Shown: piece after piece, positions 14,112 through 27,209 of the stretch
How positions within the stretch are numbered: position 1 is the stretch's first letter
Layout of the letters: every line of letters starts with the position of its first letter
DNA from: Octopus vulgaris
Taxonomy: Eukaryota
Reading direction: 5' to 3'
Length of the DNA stretch: 64,000 bases
NCBI GenBank assembly: GCA_951406725.2
Contig: OX597820.1
Coordinates: 70,184,001-70,248,000, forward strand
Position numbers and translations under genes: made by a program
Notes under the pieces: model-generated
What the model saw: the letters and a program-made list of their open reading frames with translations, nothing else
What the model was told of the DNA's origin: nothing
Databases searched by the model: none

Positions 14112-14255
14112 TATGTACAAGATTAATCAGCCGAAATTACTACGATGATCCGGTTCTTGACTGAAGACTGAGGGCTTCGAATGTCCTGTCTGTGTTTGTT
14201 GTATCGTCTTCTAAGTGTTATGTGTTCTTGTCACAGTTTGTATTTTTTACATATC

Positions 14256-14307
<52 letters not shown>

Positions 14308-14379
14308 CATACATACATTCATACATACATACATACATACATACATACATGCATAGATACATAGATACATACATGCATA

Positions 14380-14430
<51 letters not shown>

Positions 14431-14687
14431 ATATATATATATATATAAATTATAATTTAGGGTTTCTAAGAGATGTGGTGCTGTATGAACTTTTAATGTG
14501 GTTTTAGAGTCAAGTTTTGACTGCTATTTCAAACATGATGGTATCTCTTAGATACTCTAAATTATACTTTTAATAACAATTATTACCTTTGAATGTTTTA
14601 TTCCCATGCTGGCCAATTGATAAGTTCGACATTTAAATAGCGATCTTATCCTTATTTATATAAATATATATATATAAATATTCGTAG

Positions 14688-14794
14688 GTTTCTTCAGCTG
14701 ACTGGTTTCAACATAAAAGACGTTCTCGGAAAATCGGCGTATCTGTTCGTTCATGGAGGAGACATGGAGTATGTTGCTAAAGCTCACAAAGAAA
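14688..14794 (+). CDS. bHLH-PAS-type protein, internal exon (FLQLTGFNIKDVLGKSAYLFVHGGDMEYVAKAHKE)
   Basis: ttcgtag acceptor, AAA|gtaagt donor, phase 2-1. Matches the PAS-B motif G+...++LG.S.Y.F+H..D...+...H. Confidence 0.9.
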
Positions 14795-15064
14795 GTAAGT
14801 TACTGCCAACAAAACCCTTAAAGTGTATAAGTTATCTACTGCTAATTCATGAGTCTTCAATTCGTAAGTAGTCCACTGCAGGTGTTTCTTTGACCTTTTG
14901 GCAACTCTCATTTCTTTCTTTGTTTTTTGTTTGTTTTTTTTTTACATTTATTCTTGTTTATTACAGCGATGGGGGTGGGGGTCAAAAGACTTAGGCATAA
15001 ATGAATCTTGTCGCCGCACTTTTTTAAATGAAACGAATGATAAATTTATTGACACCAAACTATA

Positions 15065-15500
15065 GGCGTAGGAGTGGCTGTGTGGTAAGTAGCTTGCTTA
15101 CGAACCACATGGTCCCGGGTTCAGTCCCACTGCGTGGCACCTTGGGCAAGTGTCTTCTACTATAGCCTCAGGCCAACCAAAGCCTTGTGAGTGGATTTGG
15201 TAGACGGAAACTGAAAGAATCCCATCGTATATATGTATATATATGTATATGTATGTATGTGTGTGTGTGTGTTAGTGTGTGTGTATGTTTGTGTGTGTGT
15301 TTGTCCCCCCCAACATCTCTTGACCACCGATACTGGTATTTTTACGACCCCGTAACATAGCGGTTCGGCAAAAGAGACCGATAGAAGAAGTACTAGGCTT
15401 ATAAAGAATAAGTCCTGGGGTCGAGTTGCTCGACTAAAGGTGGTGCTCCAGCATGGCCACAGTCAAATGACTGAAGCAAATAAAAGAGTAAAAGAGTAAA
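15065..15500 (+). mobile_element. tRNA-derived SINE family A (representative copy)
   Basis: A-box TGGCTGTGTGG, B-box-like GGTTCAGTCCC, internal TA/TG tract, (AGTAAAAG)n tail. Other copies at about 11050-11390, 12780-13176, 30327-30742, 31120-31540, 44952-45402, 50273-50631 (+) and 750-905, 37288-37674 (-). Confidence 0.85.
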
Positions 15501-16119
15501 CTCGTAGCCTACAGCAACGAAGCCTCCCCAGCCACGTATTTTCTTGATCATCTCCACTTTTCCCTGTAGAGAATGCGCTCGTCTCTGCCTTTCGTTTCGA
15601 TCAAGTGCCTTCATCTTCTTTCGGTTCAGATGGATAAGAGTACATAAACCCGTATGAGAAATATACAGAATCGTAACGCGGTCAAAGTCAGAGTATTCTC
15701 AGTTGATGAGCTTTGTGGATGGCCGCTGAGAGGCGTTTTTGCAGTACAGGCAGAATCTATGATTGGTTATTGACCCGTGTTATCACAGATCAGTTTGATA
15801 AGGACCACCCTCATGGTATTTACAGGAACTTCAAGACTTTGGTGCAGTTAATGTTACTCTTGAAATTTTGCACTTTCACAGCTAAAGAAACTACATAGGT
15901 AAGGGGATAGAAATTCCAGGTTGACATTTAGAGGAGGGAAAATATTTAAAGTGGCTAGTTGAGGGTCTTCGGATGAAGAAAAAGTCCACACATTTATGTA
16001 TTTTGAGCTTGACCGTTAAAGCGATTTATTTCTTATCTGTTGACATTTCTAAAATTGAGAAAATTAATGAGTAAAAAATTTTTTAATTTAACCTTGATGA
16101 GAATAATTATTAGAAAGAA

Positions 16120-16660
16120 GAGCAAGCTCATCACCACATCAGCAGTGAGGAACACGGCTGGTGCTGCAATAGGAGGACTGGGGTTTTGTGTACAGTGTAA
16201 GAGCCTATCTGTTAGTGAAGGAAATCATACCTGTCTCCGCGAGAGTGTTGAGGATGACCTTCAATGGAAACCAAAGGTTGACAGTCATTTCAACCTATAA
16301 TCCAACCAAGGGATACAGTGATGCGAGTGCAGAGGAGTTTCATGAGGAAGCGTGTGGGTCTATCAACACTACATCAGCTCATAACATCCTGCTCATTCTG
16401 GCTGACCTCAATGCACATCTGAGCAAGGAGAGCGGTGAAGATCCTTACTGGAACTTCCATAACAACACACCAATACACCAACACCATAGCCCAAATCATT
16501 ACCCTGACGGGATGACGGAGTTCTTTGAGATAATGACTGGAGGGATTCAGGATTGGCTCTCTACCGTTTTATCATCGTGATGGAACATTGTATGCGCCTT
16601 GCGCTGGAGAAACACTAGGACTCTGGCTTTACTGTAGAGCCGGCTCAGAGTAGGAGAATG
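16120..16660 (+). mobile_element. degenerate RTE-like LINE fragment
   Basis: GGLGF...VSARVL...LTVISTYNPT...ILADLNAH (APE endonuclease), followed by an RT remnant PDGMTEFFEI.TG. Confidence 0.7.
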
Positions 16661-16914
16661 CCTAATGGGGAGAGGGTGATAGTAGGAAGAAAGAAGGATA
16701 GGAAGAGCTAATAATTTTTATTTTCATTGTCATTTTAGAGGGGAAGGTAATGAAAAACTAAAGGAATAAGTATTAGAAATTAGGAGTGGAATATAAGTTC
16801 AATGAAAAAGGGAAGGAGCACATTGTAACTTAGCATATTTATAATGTTAAAGCAAAACATGATTAAATATATAGATGAAGGCTAGAAGTTACACTTATAT
16901 AGAATACACCACTC

Positions 16915-17820
16915 CGCTCTCGCTACCTCCATCCACTACAAACACACTAACTCACACACTTACCTTAACTTCTTCTCATCCCGCCCTACTCCCAACAAGC
17001 TCTCCATCTCCTCCGTCTGCGCAGATTCTGCAGTGACAACCATGACTTTGCGACTCAGTCACAACTCATAGCTCGCCACTTCATCCTACCTAGATATCCC
17101 CTCACCTCTATCCACACTGCTCTTGCCAAAGCAGTGTGGACCGTACCTCTACTCTTTTTCCTCGCACCCGCCCCACCGTTTCCCGTCTCCAATTTTCCCC
17201 CCTCACCTTTCACACCTCCACACAGCCCCTCCAACACACCATCCTCCGAGCCTTCCAGCAACTCCAGCCCGACCCCTCCACTTCGCACATATTCCTCAAC
17301 TTGCATTAACACACGAAACATACATAGACAAAGATAAGATTCACCCACATACATACACCATACACATGCACATGTGCATACATCACATGAAAAAGCAAAT
17401 ATCAACTGCTACACACAGCACACACGCACACACACACACACACACACACACTCACGCACGTCAGAGTCACTTGCCCGTATTCCACACACACACACATATT
17501 ATTCTCACATACACACACGCACGCACACCTCTTGCTGGGATCACTAGCCCTATCATTAGCTCCTCCCAATTCAACATATTTTTTATTATCTCCCTCTCAA
17601 ACTCTTTTTTTCCCAAGCATCTGCCATGTTGGACCACTAAACTCTACACGTTTTATTGCATTCTCTCTCTGTTTGTTTCCTCTTATTCCTTTGTGTTGAA
17701 GAGCCTAGGCGCGAAAAGTAAAATACTTCTTCATTTTCCCCGAGCGTCAAACTAATACACTTGCCTGTTGTTCATACACCTGTCTTTGTCTTTTGTTTTT
17801 CGATAAATTTTGACTATATG
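16915..17820 (+). mobile_element. degenerate Penelope-like element fragment (RT thumb + 3' tail with A6U hammerhead-like motif)
   Basis: HYKHTNSHTYLNFFSSRP...LRLRRFCSD resembles the PLE YKPTDSH.YL...SSHP...LRLRRICS motif. Hammerhead-like motif at 17690-17723. Confidence 0.65.
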
Positions 17821-19350
17821 CGTGGTGTGTGTGTGTGTGTGTATACGTGCGCGCGATTGTGTGTGTATGTGAGAGAGAGAGTATTCAATATATTGCCTAA
17901 GCTTTAATTTTAGCCTGGCTCGGGAGTTGTTTTAGCAGGGCCGAATAAACAAAAGCAAAATTCGATTCTATTTTCAGTAGTACCTGAAGGCGGCGAGCTG
18001 GTAGAAATGTTAGCATGCTGGGCGAAATGCTTAGCGGTATTTCGTTCTGAGTTCAAATTCCGCCGAGATCGACTTTGCTTTTCATCCTTTCCGGGTCGAT
18101 AAATTAAGTAGCAGTTGCGTACTGGGATCGATCTAATCGACTGTCCTCCTCTCCAAAGCCTTCGGGCGTTGTGCCTAGAGTAGAAAAGCATTTTCAGTAG
18201 TGTCTTCTTTCCCCACAAGATGTTTGCCGTTCTTCATTCTTTAGCAACCCCGGTTCACATACATACGCACACTTATACACACATAGAGATCTATATATAT
18301 ACTTTAATCAATTTACAGTACGCAAATGTTTGCTTTTATTCTAGTTGAAATCTAAGGTATACTTTTATTTCATAAATATGCAATTCAATTAAGTAAACGC
18401 CTACTCCATTGGGAAAATTAGATTAACTAGTTAAACTATATCCTAGCTTGCATACACTATAAATCAACTAATCTGTCTTTCGAGACAACATGAATATTTA
18501 TTCTCCGATGAATTCTAACAAATCTAGAAAATACTAAGATGAAAATTCTAATTGTTCTACCTGCTAGAAAATAAAACCTTTAATGTATCTAATGTATTTT
18601 CTTTTATCCACGAGGCTAAACTCGTGCTTCTAAAACAAAAATTTATAAAACTGTGATAAAATTCTATCAAGATCGACTTGCTTTTCAACATAATGAGGTC
18701 GATAAAATAAGTACCCGTTGAGCACTTGTGCTGAAATTTTAAACCAATGTTTTGGGTGACAGAAAGACGGTGAGCTGACAAAATCGTTAGTCGCCGGGCA
18801 AAATACTTAGCGGCATTTTGTCCGTCTTCACTCTGAGTTCAAGTTCTGCCGAGGTCGACTTTGTCTTTCCTCCCTTTCGGGGTTGATAAAATATGTACCA
18901 GTTGAGTACTGGGGTCGATGTAATAGACTTGCCCCTCCTGCGAAATTGCTAGCCTTATGCCAAAATATGAAACCAATATTTTAGGCGATGGACATACACA
19001 GCTTTTTTTTACATGTCTCTCCCAATGAGAATATCAGGATTTACTGCACAGGTCCATCAAGGCATGTGCTAGTTCATACATCTACAATACCAACTCAGCA
19101 TTAGGACTTCTTTGTATAATATGCATTGTTAGAGCGAATAGTAATCGATTATCCGAAACGGCAGTAAAGAAAAAAAACTTAAATGCATTGTGTACGATGT
19201 ATTCGCAACTTCTCATATGAATACATTTCTTTTGTTAGCTATTGTTTGCCTGTCTTTTCTGCTGATCGCCATGATAGATCGCTATCCACTACACATTCTT
19301 TATTTTCTCCTTGTTTCTTTCTGTGGAAGAGCGTAGGCTCGAAACGTTAT

Positions 19351-19472
<122 letters not shown>

Positions 19473-19612
19473 GTATGTATGAATATATATATATATATAT
19501 ATATTTAAAAAAAGGAGATGTCGAACACGAGTGGTGATATATAAAAAAGGAAATGAAGAAAATGCTGACAAATAATTGAAGTAATTTAAGTAATTTAATT
19601 AGGTGAAAGTTC

Positions 19613-19650
19613 TATTTACCGGTTGCGCATTTGTTATGCTTATCAAAATA
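19613..19650 (-). ncRNA. hammerhead-like motif, U3-A8 variant (inverted-arm copy)
   Basis: Exact reverse complement of 23855-23892. Confidence 0.65.
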
Positions 19651-21053
19651 TAAAAGAGAGATTAGAGTCTGTCTCTTATATGTGAAAAAAAGAGGCTCCA
19701 GAGTTGTTTTGGATTTGCTTGGTTTCGCGCCTAAAATTTTGATTGGTCATTATGAAGGGGTCACGTGAATGTTTGAATGGAAGTTGGTGTTGGGGTAAGA
19801 AAAAAGGCTCCAGAGAAGTTAAAATTTGGCTAGTGTCCCGCCTAAAATTTCTTATTGGCCATAATAAAGAGGTCACGTGAATGTTTAGAATTTTCGAAAA
19901 TAGTGTTGTTGAAAATTCTTATTGTTCAGGCTGGTCAGTAGACGTCATGTGGATATTTAAAATAGCTTTTTAGCGCGTAGTTAGGGAGTGTATTTTCGGC
20001 TTGACTGGATAAGTAAGTTCGTTTAGAACAGGGAGAGCTGTATGTATGTATGTGTGTGCGCGCGCGCGCGCGTGTGTGTTTATATGTATGTTGGGGCGCG
20101 CGCGCGTGTATATATGTGTGTATGTGTGGGTACAATTTTCAATATTTATAGTTCTGCTGGCCTTGTGCCTGTATCGGGAAGCAACGTATTTGTGTGAAGT
20201 CAATATTTACAGCCATTTCCAAAAAATAGTGTTGGATGTTTTGCACCCGTATTCAATTATGTGTATGTGTGGAACCATATATTTGTGTGTGTCATGGTGT
20301 TAATATCTGGGTAAAGGTGTGTGTAGGGTGTGTGCAGGTGTAAGTGTTTGTTGTGGGTTCGTGTTAGGGGCATGTGTTTAGAAGTGGTCTGTATTTATTA
20401 ATAAGGTGGGATTCCATGGTTATTCGCTGGGTATGAGTGGCATTGTCTTTAAATTTGTAGAGGGGAAAGATTCTAAAATTGGGATGGAGTTGTGCGGCAC
20501 AGGTATCAATATGTGCACTAAATGCTATTTTTCTATATTCCTGTATTTTTATTTGGGATCTGTGGACAGTCATGCGTTGGCGGAGGCTATTTTTTGTTTG
20601 GCCTATGTAGTGTTCATTACAGCCCGAGCAAGTTAAGACATATACTAGGTTTTCTGATGCGCATGTGAAGTTGTGTTTTACTGTGAAACGTTGTCCTTGT
20701 TTAAAAAGGAATTCCGGACCTTCTATTAGGTTGATGCATATACCACAGTTGGGTCTATTGCATTTGTTTACTGTGGGTTTAGTTGTTGTGGTTGGCAGTA
20801 CTTTGGCATTTGTTAGGATGGTTTTCAATGATTTGGGTTGCCTTTTGCTCTTTATGATTTCGTGTGTTAGGAGGATTTGGTTCATTCTATGGTCCTTTTG
20901 TAATACAGGAATGTTCTGGAGGATGGTGTCAAAAGCTTCATTGTTGAGGGGGTTGTGTGTAGAGATGTATGGTAGAGTATGGGGTTTCGATGTAACAGGT
21001 TTAGGGCGTCTAAGTTCCTGCGTGCTGAGTTTTAGGGCGCGTTGGATCCATTG

Positions 21054-22659
21054 GAAGCCACAAACTCTGTAATCAATGTCCCCTCACCAAATGACCTCAA
21101 ATTGAGACCTATAATAGCAGGTCCCGCTTGCGAAACCCACCGCCTTAGCAACTTCATTGATACCCTTCTCAAGCCGTTCCTCAAACACATTAAAAGCTAC
21201 ATAAGGGACGATCTAGATATGCTCAACCACCTCCCCAATACACTTCTTGCTGAACAAACCCTGCTAGTAACATTCGATGTAGTCAATCTTTACTCCAACA
21301 TCCCCCACAACCTAGGAATAGAAGCTATCCAATTCTGGCTGGATAATTACTCCAACGAACTCCCACACCGCATCAAAAAGGAATTTATTTTAGAAGGACT
21401 CAAATTCATCTTAGAGAATAATTTCTTCACCTTCAACAACAAATTCTACAGACAGAAATCAGGGACGGCAATGGGAACGAAAACAGCTCCCACTTACGCT
21501 AACTTAGTCATGGGATACCTGGAAATCACCCTCTATAATAACGTTCTTAACCAATTTGGCACCACTCTCCACACACACATAGAGAAGAACTGGAAGAGAT
21601 ATCTTGATGACTGCTTCATCCTTTGGCCCGAAACCGTCGAGAAGCTTAACGAATTTCACACTCTTATAAATGGGCTCAACACAAACATTATTTTCACAAT
21701 GGAATACAGCCCTCAACAAATTCCCTTCCTCGACATCCTCATTAAAATTCACAACAAAAAAATAGAAACAGACATATACTACAAGCCCACAGACTCCAAG
21801 CAATACCTCCCTTTCAATTCATGCCACCCTAGACACGTTAAAATTAACATTCCCTACAACTTAGCCAAGAGAATTTGCACTATAGTCTCCAATAAAAACA
21901 CCCGTCTCTTACGTCTACAAGAACTCAAGGGCACATTAACAAGCAGGGATTACCCCACGTCACTAATTGACAATGGGATCCAACGCGCCTAAAACTCAGC
22001 ACGCAGGAACTTAGACGCCCTAAACCTGTTACATCGAAACCCCATACTCTACCATACATCTCTACACACAACCCCCTCAACAATGAAGCTTTTGACACCA
22101 TCCTCCAGAACATTCCTGTATTACAAAAGGACCATAGAATGAACCAAATCCTCCTAACACACGAAATCATAAAGAGCAAAAGGCAACCCAAATCATTGAA
22201 AACCATCCTAACAAATGCCAAAGTACTGCCAACCACAACAACTAAACCCACAGTAAACAAATGCAATAGACCCAACTGTGGTATATGCATCAACCTAATA
22301 GAAGGTCCGGAATTCCTTTTTAAACAAGGACAACGTTTCACAGTAAAACACAACTTCACATGCGCATCAGAAAACCTAGTATATGTCTTAACTTGCTCGG
22401 GCTGTAATGAACACTACATAGGCCAAACAAAAATAGCCTCCGCCAACGCATGACTGTCCACAGATCCCAAATAAAAATACAGGAATATAGAAAAATAGCA
22501 TTTAGTGCACATATTGATACCTGTGCCGCACAACTCCATCCCAATTTTAGAATCTTTCCCCTCTACAAATTTAAAGACAATGCCACTCATACCCAGCGAA
22601 TAACCATGGAATCCCACCTTATTAATAAATACAGACCACTTCTAAACACATGCCCCTAA
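21054..22659 (+). pseudogene. PLE reverse transcriptase + GIY-YIG endonuclease ORF (5'-truncated, two -1 frameshifts)
   Basis: RT motifs LRPIIAG, VTFDVVNLYSNIP, GTAMG, RYLDD, FLD, YYKPTDS. Cys-rich linker CNRPNCGIC, then NLVY..TC..C..HYIGQT...RMTVH. Frameshifts near 21989 and 22430 are absent from the inverted copy (ORF 20364-20885, minus strand). Confidence 0.93.
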
Positions 22660-22942
22660 CACGAACCCACAACAAACACACTTACACCTGCACACACCCT
22701 ACACACACCTTTACCCAGATATTAACACCATGACACACACAAATATATATCAGAGATGCACATATCGTCAGCCACTAAGGGACATGCTCAACTGGTTAAG
22801 GTCAAACAACTGACAAGCAAATCTGTGGTATTGAGCAGAATATTTGCTGTAGCCCATCTTTTATACCAAGACAAAACAATGTACATGATAACACTTCCAA
22901 TCAGTTAAGATCAGAAGCCATGAGAGCCACTGCCTGGTACTG

Positions 22943-23008
<66 letters not shown>

Positions 23009-23023
23009 TATTACTATTATTAC

Positions 23024-23059
<36 letters not shown>

Positions 23060-23068
23060 TATTATTAC

Positions 23069-23107
<39 letters not shown>

Positions 23108-23147
23108 CATCATCATCATCATTATTGTTATTATCATTATTATTATA

Positions 23148-23180
<33 letters not shown>

Positions 23181-23190
23181 TTTATTGTTG

Positions 23191-23224
<34 letters not shown>

Positions 23225-23854
23225 CATCATATATACACATACACATAATTGAATACGGGTGCAAAACATCCAACACTATTTTTTGGAAATGGCTGTAAAT
23301 ATTGACTTCACACAAATACGTTGCTTCCCGATACAGGCACAAGGCCAGCAGAACTATAAATATTGAAAATTGTACCCACACACACACACATATATACACG
23401 CGCGCGCGCCCCAACATACATATAAACACACACGCGCGCGCGCGCACACACACATACATACATACAGCTCTCCCTGTTCTAAACGAACTTACTTATCCAG
23501 TCAAGCGGAAAATACACTCCCTAACTACGCGCTAAAAAGCTATTTTAAATATCCACATGACGTCTACTGACCAGCCTGAACAATAAGAATTTTCAACAAC
23601 ACTATTTTCGAAAATTCTAAACATTCACGTGACCTCTTTATTATGGCCAATAAGAAATTTTAGGCGGGACACTAGCCAAATTTTAACTTCTCTGGAGCCT
23701 TTTTTCTTACCCCAACACCAACTTCCATTCAAACATTCACGTGACCCCTTCATAATGACCAATCAAAATTTTAGGCGCGAAACCAAGCAAATCCAAAACA
23801 ACTCTGGAGCCTCTTTTTTTCACATATAAGAGACAGACTCTAATCTCTCTTTTA

Positions 23855-23892
23855 TATTTTGATAAGCATAACAAATGCGCAACCGGTAAATA
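23855..23892 (+). ncRNA. hammerhead-like motif, U3-A8 core variant, in PLE tail
   Basis: TATT-TTGATAA-GCAT(AACAA)ATGC-GCAA-CCGG-TA-AATA: stems I and II pair, stem III is palindromic. GCAA replaces GAAA. Confidence 0.65.
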
Positions 23893-23956
23893 GAACTTTC
23901 ACCTAATTAAATTACTTAAATTACTTCAATTATTTGTCAGCATTTTCTTCATTTCC

Positions 23957-24000
<44 letters not shown>

Positions 24001-24329
24001 TGTTTGTATGTATGTGTGTGCGCGCGCGTGCGTATGGTTTTGCCTGCATAAGTGCACATAAGTGCGTTAATATACATGTGTACAAATATATTTATATCTG
24101 TATGTATGTATGCATCTATGTAAGTTTGTACGTGAATACATCGGTCATTGACACAGTTCTATTTCTACCAAATTACACTCAAGAGGTTCAGACCAATCCG
24201 TTGTTAGATAGAATCCAAGTTTCCAATATGTTTCCCAGTGGGTTTCAACGCGGAAGCACAAATTTGCTAAATGATTCTTCCTATCACCGCCTTACCTGCG
24301 CCCATATAACATTGATCTTTTTTCTTTAG

Positions 24330-24477
24330 TGGTTGAAAAAAATATTGTCATCGAAATTGTATTTCGGAGCACAACTAAAAGCCAAGGGATTTATTTCACT
24401 AGTAGCAGGACATTTGTTATACGAGACAACTGGACAGAAAAACCGAAAATGATTATTGCTGTGAATCACGTCATCAG
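24330..24477 (+). CDS. bHLH-PAS-type protein, internal exon (PAS-B C-terminal/PAC: FRSTTKSQG...RDNWTEKPKMIIAVNHVI)
   Basis: tttctttag acceptor, CAG|gtacta donor, phase 1-2. NWT.KP..II.VN.V resembles the end of PAS-B in CLOCK/ARNT-type proteins. Confidence 0.9.
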
Positions 24478-24878
24478 GTACTACTTTTGTTTGTTTTTTT
24501 TCTTTTTGCTTTTTAATTCTTTGCTGCTGTTGACGTGTTAAACGAAGTAGTCGTCCTATCTACTTCAAAATTGTAATGTGTCTTAAACAACAATACTTAG
24601 CTGTAAAGAGCCATTCATTTTGCTGTACATAAGTGCTATGAATTTCACAGCTCACCACTATACTTTCAACCCAGTGATTTCAAAATTTAGAGAAATCACC
24701 ACGCATTTATGCACACACACGCACACACGTACATACACACACACACACACACACTCACACATTCACACACACTCACAAACACAAACACCCTCACACATTA
24801 ACACACACACGCGATACACATATGTTTGCTGATATATACGTATATATATATGTTTATATATGTATGATGATGATGATG

Positions 24879-24912
<34 letters not shown>

Positions 24913-24913
24913 C

Positions 24914-24991
<78 letters not shown>

Positions 24992-25067
24992 TATAATAAT
25001 AATGATAATAACAATAATGATGATGATGATGATAATAATAATAATAATAATAATAATAGTAATAATA

Positions 25068-25106
<39 letters not shown>

Positions 25107-25112
25107 GTATAA

Positions 25113-25162
<50 letters not shown>

Positions 25163-25163
<1 letters not shown>

Positions 25164-25710
25164 CAGTACCAGGCAGTGACTCTCATGGCTTCTGATCTTA
25201 GCTGATTGGAAGTGTTATCATGTACATTGTTTTGTCTTGGTATAAAAGATGGGCTACAGCAAATATTCTGCTCAATACCACAGATTTGCTTGTCAGTTGT
25301 TTAACCTTAACCAGTTGAGCATGTCCCTTAGTGGCTGACGATATGTGCATCTCTGATCACGAGCAGAAGTAGTGGGGGAGCATCATAGCCATGTGTTGAG
25401 AGGGATTCTTTGGGGTTTGAATAATTCATCTCTGGAAACATGGGTGGTTCTTTCAACATCCTTAAACAACCCTTATTCAGGGACCTTTTGAGCGGGATGG
25501 GCTACTCAACCAGAAGAAAATTCTAACTGGGCCCCACCTGCAAGGTCATGTGCTGTTTATCTTGACATGAGATCACCATGTCGCGCACACATGGTTGTGA
25601 TGCATGTGCCTGGTGTACCCTTATCAGATGGGTAGTCATGATGGGTATATTGGGCTTCGTATATTTTACCCCAGTGTCACTTTGATGACATGAACTGCTC
25701 TCTCACTCAA
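25163..25710 (+). mobile_element. ~550-bp interspersed repeat embedded in (AAT)n
   Basis: Flanked by (AAT)n on both sides. Its first ~190 bp are copied in inverted orientation at 22749-22944. Confidence 0.6.
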
Positions 25711-26580
25711 TAATAATAATAATAATAATATTAATAATGATAAGTAAAAAGTGATATATGTTATTATTTAGAACAAACTATAAGTTGTCATTATAGTGTA
25801 CGGAGTTTCGAATGCATTCTCGTAGGCTATTAATGGCAACAGAGGCTATGAAAAACTGCTGAATAAAAGGGAAGTTACGCTAATAGGTAGGGAAAAAAAG
25901 AAAAAAGAAAAAATACACACAACCATATTCTCACAATACAGAGACATAAACCTCCTGCGTTTATAACGTCTACATACATACACACTCACACAAACATGTA
26001 TACGTACATGCACTATACACACACAAACATATATGATGTGCTTGTAGGTAGTCATACATACACACTCCCGCATACTCGTATATACTTATATATTTGTACA
26101 CGCACACACACACAAACACACATATATATATGCACATGTACTTCCTCCTATAACACTCCTACATTCACACATATACAAACATATGCACATCCGTATAAAT
26201 GAAGAGGATGTGTGAATGAAAGTCACACTTATGCCCCGGACACAGTCTTACACTCATATGCATACATATACATATACTCGAATTCGCACACATCCACACA
26301 ATTAAAAAGGAAAAGAGAAAAAATGCAGGAACATAGTAAAAATGTTCGATTCTAACCGTGATCTAGGGGGTCCAAAACCGTAACGGGCATTTTGTCACAT
26401 TGGACACATTCCAAAAGGTTCAGTTCTTGAATGTAGACATGTAGCAGAGTCTAAGGAACATTTCCAACTGAGTCATGTTTCCATATTACAAAGACTGCAC
26501 TTGCCACTACCGTTGGTATGAGGTTTATATTTCGCTAGGATCTTCCAGTGAATTCTATAGCTGACTCCTTGTTTTTTTAG

Positions 26581-26605
26581 AAACCATGTATACCTGGATA
26601 ATTTG
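26581..26605 (+). CDS. candidate 25-nt exon of the PAS gene (NHVYLDNL)
   Basis: ccttgtttttttag acceptor and TTG|gtagct donor (weak). Phase 2-0 links the 24477 exon to a phase-0 terminal exon at 28611. No homology support. Confidence 0.35.
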
Positions 26606-26688
26606 GTAGCTTTTCGTTTATTCTAGTGTCTGAAGCTTAAGGTGTAATTGTTGAACCTTTCTTTGAAATTTACTTCTGTGAGATTCAC

Positions 26689-26719
<31 letters not shown>

Positions 26720-26769
26720 TGTATGTATGTATGTATGTATGTATGTATGTATGTATGTATGTATGTATG

Positions 26770-26801
<32 letters not shown>

Positions 26802-27209
26802 TGTATGTATGTATGTATGTATGTATGTATGTATGTATGTATGCATGTATGTGTATGTATATATATTTTTTTTATTTAAGCGTTCTTGTACAGAAATTGT
26901 TTCCTTGAACTGGTAGATGGGGAAAACAGAAATTTGGTTTGAGATTTCCGGCACATAGAAATGGCAGACATTTAGTCTTGGTTTAGATAACTATCTAGGA
27001 GAAAGAAATTCCGAAGTAACATCCACTTCATTGCGAAACCGGAGATTTTGCTCTTGCTTGTTTCTGAACTTCTTAGCTTTGTAAGTAAGAATCTTAGCAG
27101 TGCTTTGCAAGCTATTGTTGACCTTAGATATCAACTCATTCAGTGTTAATAGCCTGTCATTAACATCTAGGATAAGATAAGTTGTCAGTGAACATCACAT
27201 CTATGTACT

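Larger units (their letters stand above)
19537..23967 (+). mobile_element. Penelope-like retroelement, 5'-truncated, with ~1.5-kb inverted pseudo-LTR arm
   Basis: 19537-21053 is the near-identical reverse complement of 21971-22748 plus 23235-23967. The spacer encodes RT. The element sits between (TA)n tracts. Confidence 0.92.

Noticed and set aside
14157-14190. CTGAAGA...CGAATGTC hammerhead-like motif (also near 12185-12212 and 40598-40625)
   Set aside because: GAAA and stem III are not intact. It may be a decayed family but cannot be supported.
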